Below, in pieces: positions 19,398 to 28,181 of a stretch of DNA of 64,000 bases. Source of the stretch: a virus. Its lineage: Duplodnaviria; Caudoviricetes. Below the pieces are notes generated by a model. That model did no database searches. It worked only from the letters and a program-made list of their open reading frames with translations, and had not been told where the DNA came from. The stretch spans positions 128,001-192,000 of the IMG/VR virus record IMGVR_UViG_3300029288_000071; one strand, 5' to 3'. Within the stretch, counting starts at the first letter, position 1. Every line of letters begins with the position of its first letter. Both the position numbers and the translations under genes were made by a program.

Positions 19398-19630
19398 TAA
19401 GTTGTGCTTTCAGTAATAATTTTCTTAATTATACGGCCTTGTTTGTCATATTCATACTCTTCAACAACTTTTTTAGGAGTTATTAGAGGCTGAATTGGTT
19501 GAATTGGATTGATTGGAGGCCATGTTATAGTTATATTGTTAGGTTTTTGATTTCCAAAATATTTGATATATTCTGAACAGCTTTTACAAGCTTCAGTTCC
19601 TGCTAATGAACAACAACATACTAAAGGCAT
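19397..19630 (-). CDS. Small Cys-rich hypothetical protein
   Basis: CCCSLAGTEACKSC. Confidence 0.7.
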   Translation of the reverse strand: MPLVCCCSLAGTEACKSCSEYIKYFGNQKPNNITITWPPINPIQPIQPLITPKKVVEEYEYDKQGRIIKKIITESTT

Positions 19631-19631
19631 T

Positions 19632-20306
19632 TTATTTTTCCTCTTTAAAATAATCTACTATTCCTTTCACAAAAGTTAAAGAGATCACTGGGAGTATTCC
19701 GCTAACCATAAACATTACAAATCGTAATGACCAAGGTGAAGTACTTAATGCTAGTAAATCTAAAATTGACTTAAGTGATTCTGGTGTTGTATTTACATAT
19801 GCATGATACATATTTCCAATAACTTGTAAGGCACTCAATACAAAGAATATAGACCATATTGTAAATTTGTTTAATTTATTAAGTGTAACTAAAGCAACAA
19901 GTGAAGACATAGAAGCTAATTCAATAGATACTGAAATAGCTATCGCCATTGCATAACTATTAGAAGTAGCAAATAAAGTAATTAAATGCATCATAGAAAT
20001 TAATGAAATAGCTAGAGGGGGTATTATAAATGCAAAGAAAATAATTTTTTCTCGTTTTGTTTTGAAAAATGAACTATTTTCTTCTTTTTTTATTTCATTT
20101 TTTTGTTCATATTGTAGTTTTTCATCAGGATATGCTAAAGTTGCTGATTGATTTTTATCTTCTGGAACATTTAAAACTCCTAATACGTCACTTTCTTTTG
20201 CTTTTATTGATTCTGGTTGTGTTGGCATAATATTTTTAATGTTTTCTTCTAAGAATTCAACGTTGTTGCTTCCTCTTTCTTGGTTTAATCCTATTTTGCT
20301 TATCAT
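19632..20306 (-). CDS. Multi-pass membrane protein
   Basis: About four hydrophobic segments in the C-terminal two thirds. Confidence 0.8.
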   Translation of the reverse strand: MISKIGLNQERGSNNVEFLEENIKNIMPTQPESIKAKESDVLGVLNVPEDKNQSATLAYPDEKLQYEQKNEIKKEENSSFFKTKREKIIFFAFIIPPLAISLISMMHLITLFATSNSYAMAIAISVSIELASMSSLVALVTLNKLNKFTIWSIFFVLSALQVIGNMYHAYVNTTPESLKSILDLLALSTSPWSLRFVMFMVSGILPVISLTFVKGIVDYFKEEK

Positions 20307-20661
20307 TTGTTTTTCTTAGATAGTGGGGTAAATCATCGTCTTCTAATTTGTTAATTTCTTGAAAATGCATCAATGCCATAATGTTAAACATTACTCCTGC
20401 AAGATGATCTTCATCTTCATAACCTGCTAAAAACTTATTTAAATGTCTACTAGCAGAATCAACAAATCTATGAAATGGGATCCCGCCTTTTTCCCAATTC
20501 CTATCATAATATTTTATAGCTCCTTTTTCCATCCACTTTGCTATTCGGTCAATAGCAAATGGAGAAACTAAATCATATCTACCTTTTCCAATAGCGGGTT
20601 CTCTAAGAGCTTTACCTTTTCCGAAAACAATTCTTTTTCCTGTATCTGTCATTCCATCCAT
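20257..20661 (-). CDS. dATP/dGTP diphosphohydrolase domain protein (DUF5664-like)
   Basis: GKGRYDL, GAIKY..RNWEKG, SASRHL, EDHLA...FN. Confidence 0.88.
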   Translation of the reverse strand: MDGMTDTGKRIVFGKGKALREPAIGKGRYDLVSPFAIDRIAKWMEKGAIKYYDRNWEKGGIPFHRFVDSASRHLNKFLAGYEDEDHLAGVMFNIMALMHFQEINKLEDDDLPHYLRKTNDKQNRIKPRKRKQQR

Positions 20662-21869
20662 TAAGAAACATCTCCTTCTACTACTTCTTCAGGTATTTCT
20701 AATTCATCAAAAGAAGGTGTACAATTACTATAGTCAATTGAATTTGCATCAATAATCATTTTTCTTACATATTCACGAATTTCAGGAGGAGTAATAATCT
20801 TTCTCCATTCATCTTTTTTGAATTCAACTTGAATGATATTTGGTTCATCTCCTTCTTTTGTATTTACATAATCTGGAAGATTTATAAGATATTTTTGTTT
20901 TGTCGGTCTTTCAATTTTTCCTTTAAGAACTAAATTGTCTAACCAACTAGATTCATCATCAATTCCTTTGTCAAAATAAATATCAAAAGTACACTTTCTT
21001 TGTGGTGGAGCAATTTTATTTTTCTTTGTTTGAGCTTGAACCGTTACTCCAATAACTATGTCATCTTTTTTAATATCTGTTATTTTTGTTAGACGAACTC
21101 TAACTGAAGAATGAAAAGGAACTGCATTACCACCAGGAGCAGTCCATTTATCACCAAAACTAACACCAATATTTGATCTTAACTGATTTGTAAAAAGTAA
21201 TAAAACATCTTCTCTTCCAATAAATTGCGTAACTTTTCTCATAGCTTTAGAAATAGCTAGAGCTTTTGCTGTACCATAACCTTCTTTATCAAAAGAGCCT
21301 TCTAATTCTTCAGTTGAAGGTGTTGCAGCTATTGAATCCCAAACAATAGTAATAAAATCTTTACTTCCTAGTTCTCTAATCTTTTTAATTGTAGATTCAA
21401 TAGTGTCAAATACTTTTTCAACTGTTCCTGCAGATACATAAACTAATTTATGAACTCCTGCTTTTTCTGCTTCTTTTCCAACTTTTAATCCCATTTTAAC
21501 AAGTAAACTAATATCAGTTGAATTTTCTTCATCAAAAAGAATAGGAATTCCTCCCATTTTTTGTGTATTAATTAAAACTTGATTTGCAACTAATGATTTT
21601 CCAGCAGAAGTATTACCAGTTAATTCAACTAATCTACGAACTGGCATTCCTCCACCTTGTTGCCATTTACCATTTGTAATTATTGTATCAAGAATTGTAC
21701 TACCTGTAGAGATGAGAGTTGTTATATCAGTTGGTGTTCCTTGTTCACCTAATAGATAAGCTCTATCACCAATACTTTTTGACATATTTTTTATTAATGC
21801 ATCAGATAAAGAAGATTTGTCACCCAAATTACTCAACGCATCTTCTGCTGAAGTTACTCGTTTTGCCAT
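20661..21869 (-). CDS. recA: RecA/UvsX recombinase
   Basis: ISTGSTILD, GNTSAGKS, IVWDSIAA, NQLR, PGGNAVPFHSSVRV, KNKIAPP. Confidence 0.95.
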   Translation of the reverse strand: MAKRVTSAEDALSNLGDKSSLSDALIKNMSKSIGDRAYLLGEQGTPTDITTLISTGSTILDTIITNGKWQQGGGMPVRRLVELTGNTSAGKSLVANQVLINTQKMGGIPILFDEENSTDISLLVKMGLKVGKEAEKAGVHKLVYVSAGTVEKVFDTIESTIKKIRELGSKDFITIVWDSIAATPSTEELEGSFDKEGYGTAKALAISKAMRKVTQFIGREDVLLLFTNQLRSNIGVSFGDKWTAPGGNAVPFHSSVRVRLTKITDIKKDDIVIGVTVQAQTKKNKIAPPQRKCTFDIYFDKGIDDESSWLDNLVLKGKIERPTKQKYLINLPDYVNTKEGDEPNIIQVEFKKDEWRKIITPPEIREYVRKMIIDANSIDYSNCTPSFDELEIPEEVVEGDVS

Positions 21870-21889
21870 ATTATTTTCCTGAAAAAATT

Positions 21890-21954
21890 AAGCTAGGAAG
21901 AAACAAAATATGAATTATTGTCAAATTAATTCACTTTTGAATCTTCACTAGCTT
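21890..21954 (-). promoter_or_regulatory. Long imperfect stem-loop between ssb and recA (processing site/attenuator)
   Basis: Nested arms AAGCTAG/CTAGCTT, GAAGA/TCTTC, CAAAA/TTTTG, TGAATTA/TAATTCA; T-tract follows on the minus strand. Confidence 0.7.
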
Positions 21955-21960
21955 CTAGAA

Positions 21961-22749
21961 TTATTTATTTATGTTTTGGTTTTTTATTGCATCAAACATT
22001 TCACTGAGCTCACTTAAATCTTCTGAAGTTCCTTCATCTTCTGAAGCTTCAGGATTTGTTATAGGAGCTTGAACTTGATCTCCTTCAGCAACAAATGCAT
22101 CTAATGCATTCTTTATTTCTTCAGGTGTCAGTTTGTTAAATGCATCAAAAACATTAGGACAGTTTTTAATTAGATCAGTTGCAACTTTAGCATCAGAACT
22201 TAATGCTGAAGGATTTGCTGCAGGTCTAACTTGAACTTGTCCATAAATAAATTGAGGTGTTGGGGCTGTTGCCATAACCTTTATATCTCTTCCTTTTATA
22301 GGATCACTTAAATCACCATATTCTGGATCAATAAATAATTGAGCAATTGAAGTATAAGTATTTTTACCTATTCCCCAAAATTTCACACCTTCTGTTTCTT
22401 GACCTCTAACTAAAACAGGAATGTAAACTCTCAAGCGAGATTTGAGTCTTTTCCAAAGAGCAAAATTTTTGTCATTTTTCTCTTGGACTAAATATGCACC
22501 ATATTCACATATAGCACATTTTTCAGCAGGATTTATAGAACGAGGACAAATAATTGATTTCACAGGTCCTACATCATAGTGAAAATATAATTCATTAAAA
22601 GGATCAGGACCATGTTTATATGGAACAATTCTTAATTGAACTTCCTGACCTCGAGGTGGTCTAAAAATTAATGTTTGTTTTTTTGTTTGATTAGTCATTG
22701 CGTCAAGTTTTGCTTTGACTGAACTCATTACCTTGTTGTCGATTGGCAT
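21961..22749 (-). CDS. gp32-like single-stranded DNA-binding protein
   Basis: LRIVP, FHY, CP..CAICE, GVKFWG, YGDLSDPIKGRDI, acidic tail. Confidence 0.88.
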   Translation of the reverse strand: MPIDNKVMSSVKAKLDAMTNQTKKQTLIFRPPRGQEVQLRIVPYKHGPDPFNELYFHYDVGPVKSIICPRSINPAEKCAICEYGAYLVQEKNDKNFALWKRLKSRLRVYIPVLVRGQETEGVKFWGIGKNTYTSIAQLFIDPEYGDLSDPIKGRDIKVMATAPTPQFIYGQVQVRPAANPSALSSDAKVATDLIKNCPNVFDAFNKLTPEEIKNALDAFVAEGDQVQAPITNPEASEDEGTSEDLSELSEMFDAIKNQNINK

Positions 22750-22864
22750 TGAGATTTTCTCCGTAGAATGTAACGTATTTTTACTAAGGATATTGAGGTA
22801 CTACGCTACTAGGGTTGATTTCTATTTAATTACTAATTTGATGTAGAACCGATTGGTAGGTATA

Positions 22865-22892
22865 AATATAATTCAAATATTTTCTAAGTAAA
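22865..22892 (-). promoter_or_regulatory. Promoter-like TTTACT-N16-TATATT upstream of ssb
   Basis: Variant of the recurring motif. Confidence 0.45.
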
Positions 22893-23735
22893 CAATTGTT
22901 TGTAAAATGCGTAATTATTTTTAAAAAAATTATTTTCTTTTACTTTAGAAAACTTATCAAGCGCTCGTTTATTAAAAATAATTCCATGAATATCTAAACC
23001 ACTTTTTGAAGTTCTTAAGTAAGTAATTAAGTTGTATTTTTGACTTAACTTTTTAAAAATTTCTATTTGCATTAAAATATAATGATACTTAGAAGTATCA
23101 ATTAGTTCTTGATTAGGCGTTGCAAAAATAAAAACATCTGCTTTTGAAAGTTTTAAAATCATTTCTTCAGGATTGCTAACGTGCTCTAATGTATGAAAAC
23201 AAGTGCATATTGATTTTTCTGGAAATTTCGTAAATTCATCAGGATGTTTATAAGTAATCCCAACTCCTGCCATTAAGTCTCTAAAATCTTTAACTTCAAC
23301 TAAAATTTTTTCTTTACAGTCAGGTAAAAGTGCTAAAAATGGAGAAGATCCTCCACCAAAATCAATTACTGTATCATCTTTTTCTATTATTGAATTTATA
23401 AAATTAGCATATTCAACATCAAATCCGGGATTTTCATAAGGAGGATTCAATCTAACAGCCCCATAACCTGGAGCATCTGTGATAATTGTTTTGTTGTCTT
23501 CTCTATCACACTTAAGTTTTATTCTTTCTTCATAATTTTCTTTTAGAAACTTAACTTTAGCTTTAAATGATTCAGGAGTATTAAATCCATCATAACCTGC
23601 TAAGTCAGTATATGATTCATAATTAGTATTTTCCCAATTGCATCTTTTTCTTAAGATTCGATAAAACTCATCATCTGAATTTCTTGCAAGTTTGATTTCA
23701 TCTGAAAATATTTTTACTTCTTTAAATTCTTCCAT
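22884..23735 (-). CDS. Class I SAM-dependent methyltransferase
   Basis: VIDFGGG, FHTLEHVSNP, ATPN. Confidence 0.75.
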   Translation of the reverse strand: MEEFKEVKIFSDEIKLARNSDDEFYRILRKRCNWENTNYESYTDLAGYDGFNTPESFKAKVKFLKENYEERIKLKCDREDNKTIITDAPGYGAVRLNPPYENPGFDVEYANFINSIIEKDDTVIDFGGGSSPFLALLPDCKEKILVEVKDFRDLMAGVGITYKHPDEFTKFPEKSICTCFHTLEHVSNPEEMILKLSKADVFIFATPNQELIDTSKYHYILMQIEIFKKLSQKYNLITYLRTSKSGLDIHGIIFNKRALDKFSKVKENNFFKNNYAFYKQLFT

Positions 23736-24259
23736 TAATATCCGATTCTTTTCATTAAAACTTCGATAGGATCTATAATTTTTGGGATAAAGTTTGGTGG
23801 AGATACTTTTAAATTATTACTACCCATATTAAGTGGCATTATTCCTTCAGAAAATTCTGTTTCAGCATATCTAGCTATAATTCCCCTTCTAGGAATAAAA
23901 CTAGGATCAATAATCGGTACAGTTGGCATTAATGTCAGAAAATAAAATATTTTATTTGTTGCTATTTTATTTAATTCATCAGTAACTACATCAAATAATT
24001 GATCAAGTATTTCTCTTTTAGAATAATCAAGTGAATCAACAAATGAACATCTTAATTTTCTACTTGCACAAATTAAAGGTTTTTGTATTAGTTCTAAATC
24101 TTCTAAAATAGTTATTACAAAAGTAGGACTAGGTGCTCGATCATATTTAAACCTAACTTTATCAGGATTATTGTGAAAATAAATAAAAAGATTGTCAGTA
24201 AATTCAATGTTATTTATTCCTGAAAAATTAACTATTTTATTTGGTTGATAATCTATCAT
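23735..24259 (-). CDS. Protein with gp23-like capsid fragments + C-terminal IGY tag
   Basis: ASRKLRCSF; DPSFIPRRGIIARYA; DPIEVLMKRIGY. Confidence 0.72.
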   Translation of the reverse strand: MIDYQPNKIVNFSGINNIEFTDNLFIYFHNNPDKVRFKYDRAPSPTFVITILEDLELIQKPLICASRKLRCSFVDSLDYSKREILDQLFDVVTDELNKIATNKIFYFLTLMPTVPIIDPSFIPRRGIIARYAETEFSEGIMPLNMGSNNLKVSPPNFIPKIIDPIEVLMKRIGY

Positions 24260-24498
24260 TGAATATTTTGAGTATTAGCAGTTGAAGTACTAACAATGAT
24301 TCCACTATTTAGATTTATCATATCCCTTGTTTCAACTATTTTATTACATTCTTCACATACTTTAACTTGTCTAAAAGTAGAATGTCCAGGTGCCCACCAT
24401 TCATCCATCCAGTCAGAAATCTTTTCATGTTTACATTCTTCTTGTAAGTCTTCAATTTCTTTTTTATGCTTTGCTAATAGATCTTCAATCTTTGACAT
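24256..24498 (-). CDS. Small Cys/His protein
   Basis: CKHE...VCEEC. Confidence 0.7.
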   Translation of the reverse strand: MSKIEDLLAKHKKEIEDLQEECKHEKISDWMDEWWAPGHSTFRQVKVCEECNKIVETRDMINLNSGIIVSTSTANTQNIQ

Positions 24499-24799
24499 TT
24501 GGTTCTCCTCTCATGATTGCTAAAACTTCTATTTCTCTCATGATTAAATGTTTCTTTTCATCAAGCATTATTTCTGTTCCCGTATACTTATTGAAAAGAA
24601 CTTTATCACCAACTTTTACACTCAATGGAAGAATTACTTGAGGATTCCCAAGTAATTGACCTGGTCCTACAGCAACTACAGTTCCAGTATTTTTTGATTC
24701 TCTAGCACTAAGAGGAATAACTAATCCTGATGGAGTTGTCTCATTTTCAGCATCAGGTAATACAATTATTTTATCATAGAGTGGTTCTAATGTTATCAT
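24485..24799 (-). CDS. groES: Co-chaperonin GroES
   Basis: PLYDKI, TPSGLVIP, GTVVAVGPG, VKVGDKVLFNKYTGTE; start reset to ATG 24799 with AAGGA upstream. Confidence 0.95.
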   Translation of the reverse strand: MITLEPLYDKIIVLPDAENETTPSGLVIPLSARESKNTGTVVAVGPGQLLGNPQVILPLSVKVGDKVLFNKYTGTEIMLDEKKHLIMREIEVLAIMRGEPNVKD

Positions 24800-24807
24800 A
24801 CTTTTCC

Positions 24808-25263
24808 TTATATTTGAAAAATATCTGGTGGAATTAATACTAATTCTATGCGTGGTTTTGCTTCTGAAAACATCTGCTTCGATATTTTGAAATCTTCTTG
24901 CCAACGAGGATTATCATTAAAAGGTGCAACACACCTAGCTATTCCTGCTTGAATAACTAAACCAGCACAAGGAGAACAAGACATGAATGGATAAGTATAT
25001 AGCGTACATCCTGTTAAATCTCTTTTAGCTGCTATAATTGCATTTCGTTCACAATGAACAATCATTTTATACTTTAAATCTCTGTTATTCAATCTTTCTT
25101 CAGTATCTAAAACATTTCTTGGAAGTCCATTAAATCCTAAACTTATCACGTAATTATTTTGATCTACAATTACTGCTCCTGTTTTTGTGCTGGGATCTTT
25201 AGACCAATTAGACGCAAATCTAGCTAATTCAAGATAACGAATATCCCATTTTAATTGATTCAT
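24808..25263 (-). CDS. dCMP deaminase
   Basis: WSKDPSTKTGAVI, GFNG.P, HCERNAI, SCSPC. Confidence 0.93.
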   Translation of the reverse strand: MNQLKWDIRYLELARFASNWSKDPSTKTGAVIVDQNNYVISLGFNGLPRNVLDTEERLNNRDLKYKMIVHCERNAIIAAKRDLTGCTLYTYPFMSCSPCAGLVIQAGIARCVAPFNDNPRWQEDFKISKQMFSEAKPRIELVLIPPDIFQI

Positions 25264-25931
25264 ACTATTTCCTTGATTAATTTTAAACCCATTAATTGTT
25301 CTTTTAATTCAAATGAAAGCCGATCTGCAAAAATAAATACAGAATACTGTCCATGAAAATTATGTTTTGATGTAATATAAGTTGCATCAGTTCTATCTTT
25401 AATTAAATCTCTAATCATATCAAGATTGTATTGATCAGGATGAAATGGAGTTTGCCAATCATCAATACAGATTATAGGTTTATTTAACCTTAAAACTTGA
25501 ATTAGTTCATCTCTTAAAGGCTTAGGATTAGGAGTTTCATGATCATGTGCATCAAGATAAAATAAACAATTATCTTCATTTGTAAACTCATTTGAATCAA
25601 TTTTTTCTTTAAGCCACTTAACAGAATCAGAACAAGCTATTTCAACATTTGTATGATTTTGAATTCTAATTGGTAGAAACTGATCAATATATTTTTGATG
25701 ATATTCTACTCCATAAAGTCGATATTTTCCTCGAGTTCCTTTTCCTTGAACACCTACATTAAATTCATCTCCATATAGTTTACAGAAAACATGTTGCATA
25801 ATCATGAGTGAATCACCTTGATAAACACCCGTTTCAATAAATTTGTTGATTTGAAAACGTTTAATTATTTCTTCTGTGGCTATATTAATCATTTTTGCAC
25901 CTTGCTTCCCACATTTTTCTGGCTTCTTCAA
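25260..25931 (-). CDS. Methyltransferase-like protein (true start probably MINIATEE)
   Basis: FIETGVYQGDS, DS, FYLDAH, IDD. Confidence 0.75.
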   Translation of the reverse strand: MKKPEKCGKQGAKMINIATEEIIKRFQINKFIETGVYQGDSLMIMQHVFCKLYGDEFNVGVQGKGTRGKYRLYGVEYHQKYIDQFLPIRIQNHTNVEIACSDSVKWLKEKIDSNEFTNEDNCLFYLDAHDHETPNPKPLRDELIQVLRLNKPIICIDDWQTPFHPDQYNLDMIRDLIKDRTDATYITSKHNFHGQYSVFIFADRLSFELKEQLMGLKLIKEIV

Positions 25932-26181
25932 TTTTATTTTGTAGAATTTCTAGTTCAGTTCTATACGGTTTTCCAATCTCCCAACATTTTTTACACCAAA
26001 CTATTCTATAATCACCACCTGTTTCTTCTTCATAGCCAATACAATCATTACATAAATCTTTTTTACAAATTTCACATTGAGCTACACAACACTGTAATCC
26101 CCAATGAAGTTCTTTGCCGCAATCATCACAAAATCTTTTGTTTACTACGACTTCTTTAGTTTCTGTAGTTTTCTTTATCAT
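25885..26181 (-). CDS. Cys-rich zinc-finger protein
   Basis: CDDC, CEIC, C..C, CKKC. Confidence 0.75.
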   Translation of the reverse strand: MIKKTTETKEVVVNKRFCDDCGKELHWGLQCCVAQCEICKKDLCNDCIGYEEETGGDYRIVWCKKCWEIGKPYRTELEILQNKIEEARKMWEARCKND

Positions 26182-27697
26182 AATATTTTCTCTTAAGTTT
26201 AAGACTTGTCATTTTCACAACATTATCTACAGCAATTTTACCGTACAATCTATAAATTTTATCTATAAATTTTGGATTTGTATGATATTTTAGAAATGCT
26301 TCATCTCTAAATTTCAGAATTTCTGCTTTGCTCAAAGTTCCTGTTGCAATTGGATTTGTATCATAAGATAAATAAGCATATTCTGAATAATTTCTTTTTT
26401 CATCATTTGGATCATATAAATCTGAACCTGGAAATGCCATTGTTGCATAAGCATTCCATCCTACAGTATTCAATTGTATAGATAAATCTAAAGTTTTCTG
26501 CATAGTTTCTAAAGTATCACCTGGGAGACCGAACATATAATTTCCCATAACTTCTATATCAGCATTAGAAAGTCTTTTTATCACTTCAAAAATATTTACA
26601 TCTTCAAATTTTCCTTTTGCAGCTTCTAATCTAATTTTCTTATCTCCGCTTTCAATACCTAAACAAAGCCATTTTATTCCAGCAGCTCTTATTTTGGTTA
26701 AAATTTCTGGATTTGAAACTGTATCAATTCTTGAATATGCCCACATTCTTAAATTTTTTGCATAATCTCTTTTGGCTAACTCTTCAACTAGAGGAAGATA
26801 ATATTTTTTATTTAATAAAAACATTTCATCAACAATTCTAATTGTTTCTACTCCCATTGCAGCTAATTTGTCAAATTCTTTTATTATAAATTTAGGAGAC
26901 CAAAATCTCATTCCAGCATAATTAGATGCTCTTCCTACTCTTTCATTTCCTTTTCTGTTAATAAGATTAATCATACAAAAATTACACTTAAACATACAAC
27001 CTAAAGAAGTTTGAATAGCAGCATAAGGACTTCTTTTTGCTTCATCATATTCTCCATGCCATAAAGGAGAACGGTACAAATCAAAAGGTTTTTCTTTATA
27101 AGGAAGTAAATCCCAAGCATATCCTGGTAAATCAATATCCATTCTTTCTTGAGAAATTATATCTTCAGGTTCTGTTAAATATGGAGTTTCATCATGTAAT
27201 CTAAATCCAATTCCTTTTATTTGTTTTAAATCATCATATTTCACTAAACCATCAGTTAAAATTAATTTTACAAGATTTCTTAGAGCATAAACTCCTTCAT
27301 TAGGAAAAATAAAATCAAAACATTTTTCTTTTTCTAAAACTTCATAAGGTAAAGCTTGAACATAAGATCCAACAAGTAATATGGGCCATATTTTCTTTTC
27401 ATATTTAAGAAAATTAGCTAAATCAACTGCTCCTTCCATATTAGCAATTCCTGAACTTACATTTTGCCCATATACAACAAAACATATTACTGCTGGATCC
27501 AATCTGTCTATTTTTTCTGAAACTTGTTCATAAGATAAGTTTTCAGCAGTTACGTCTAAAATTCCACATTCAAATCCAGCTGATCGCATAGACTGAGCCA
27601 ATAAAAGAGACCAAGTTGGTGGTTCTATTGCAGAATATTTTGTAGCTAAAGATTGATAGTTTTTAGTATTATTCGGTGTTATAAATAAAATATCCAT
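26156..27697 (-). CDS. B12-binding radical SAM protein
   Basis: TSLGCMFKCNFC (CxxxCxxC), N-terminal B12-binding-like region, LGIESG, FGLPGDT. Confidence 0.93.
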   Translation of the reverse strand: MDILFITPNNTKNYQSLATKYSAIEPPTWSLLLAQSMRSAGFECGILDVTAENLSYEQVSEKIDRLDPAVICFVVYGQNVSSGIANMEGAVDLANFLKYEKKIWPILLVGSYVQALPYEVLEKEKCFDFIFPNEGVYALRNLVKLILTDGLVKYDDLKQIKGIGFRLHDETPYLTEPEDIISQERMDIDLPGYAWDLLPYKEKPFDLYRSPLWHGEYDEAKRSPYAAIQTSLGCMFKCNFCMINLINRKGNERVGRASNYAGMRFWSPKFIIKEFDKLAAMGVETIRIVDEMFLLNKKYYLPLVEELAKRDYAKNLRMWAYSRIDTVSNPEILTKIRAAGIKWLCLGIESGDKKIRLEAAKGKFEDVNIFEVIKRLSNADIEVMGNYMFGLPGDTLETMQKTLDLSIQLNTVGWNAYATMAFPGSDLYDPNDEKRNYSEYAYLSYDTNPIATGTLSKAEILKFRDEAFLKYHTNPKFIDKIYRLYGKIAVDNVVKMTSLKLKRKYYDKENYRN

Positions 27698-27698
27698 T

Positions 27699-28181
27699 TT
27701 ATTTTAACTCTTCTCTGACTCTCATTAATACTTTTCCGAGTAAATTTAATCCTTTCCAATTTTTTTCATCTAAAATTTTATCATCTTCCCAATGAACTCC
27801 AACACCCCAAATTATATCTTTAGGAGTCCCTTCAACTAAAATTTTACTATCTGTATCAAGAAGCAATTTTCTCAATTCTTGACTATAAAAAAACTTTAAA
27901 TAAACTGCTTCATACATAAATTTTTCTCTAACTTGAGACCATTTTTCATCATCGTAATTCTTAACTTCTCTACCTAGTTTTTTTGCAATTCTAGGTTCTG
28001 AACCATTCTGAACAATTTCTTTTGCTTTTTCACTATCGTTAAAAAATTTTGCTTTCATGTACATAAACAATTGTTCAGAATTAGAGAAAATATTGTTGTC
28101 ATAGTTTATCTTTAAGTCATTTGGAATCCAATTTGAAAGAAACGAACCCCAGAAGTAAATATGTGTATCAGTTATTCTCAT
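27699..28181 (-). CDS. NADAR family protein
   Basis: FLSNW, SEQ.FM..KA..F.D, AKKLGR.V, LVE..P.D.IWGVG, G.NLLGKVLM.VR. Confidence 0.93.
   Translation of the reverse strand: MRITDTHIYFWGSFLSNWIPNDLKINYDNNIFSNSEQLFMYMKAKFFNDSEKAKEIVQNGSEPRIAKKLGREVKNYDDEKWSQVREKFMYEAVYLKFFYSQELRKLLLDTDSKILVEGTPKDIIWGVGVHWEDDKILDEKNWKGLNLLGKVLMRVREELK

Noticed and set aside
6805-20661. 2-aminoadenine (Z) genome pathway
   Set aside because: DUF550- and DUF5664-like genes are present but no PurZ or HD-domain DatZ is seen here
22861-22868. T4 late promoter TATAAATA (also near 54030)
   Set aside because: It reads on the plus strand, opposite to all genes; better explained as part of minus-strand TATATT/ATATTTATA elements
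24800-24904. N-terminal extension of GroES given in the ORF track
   Set aside because: It overlaps the dCMP deaminase; ATG 24799 has an RBS and gives a normal-length GroES
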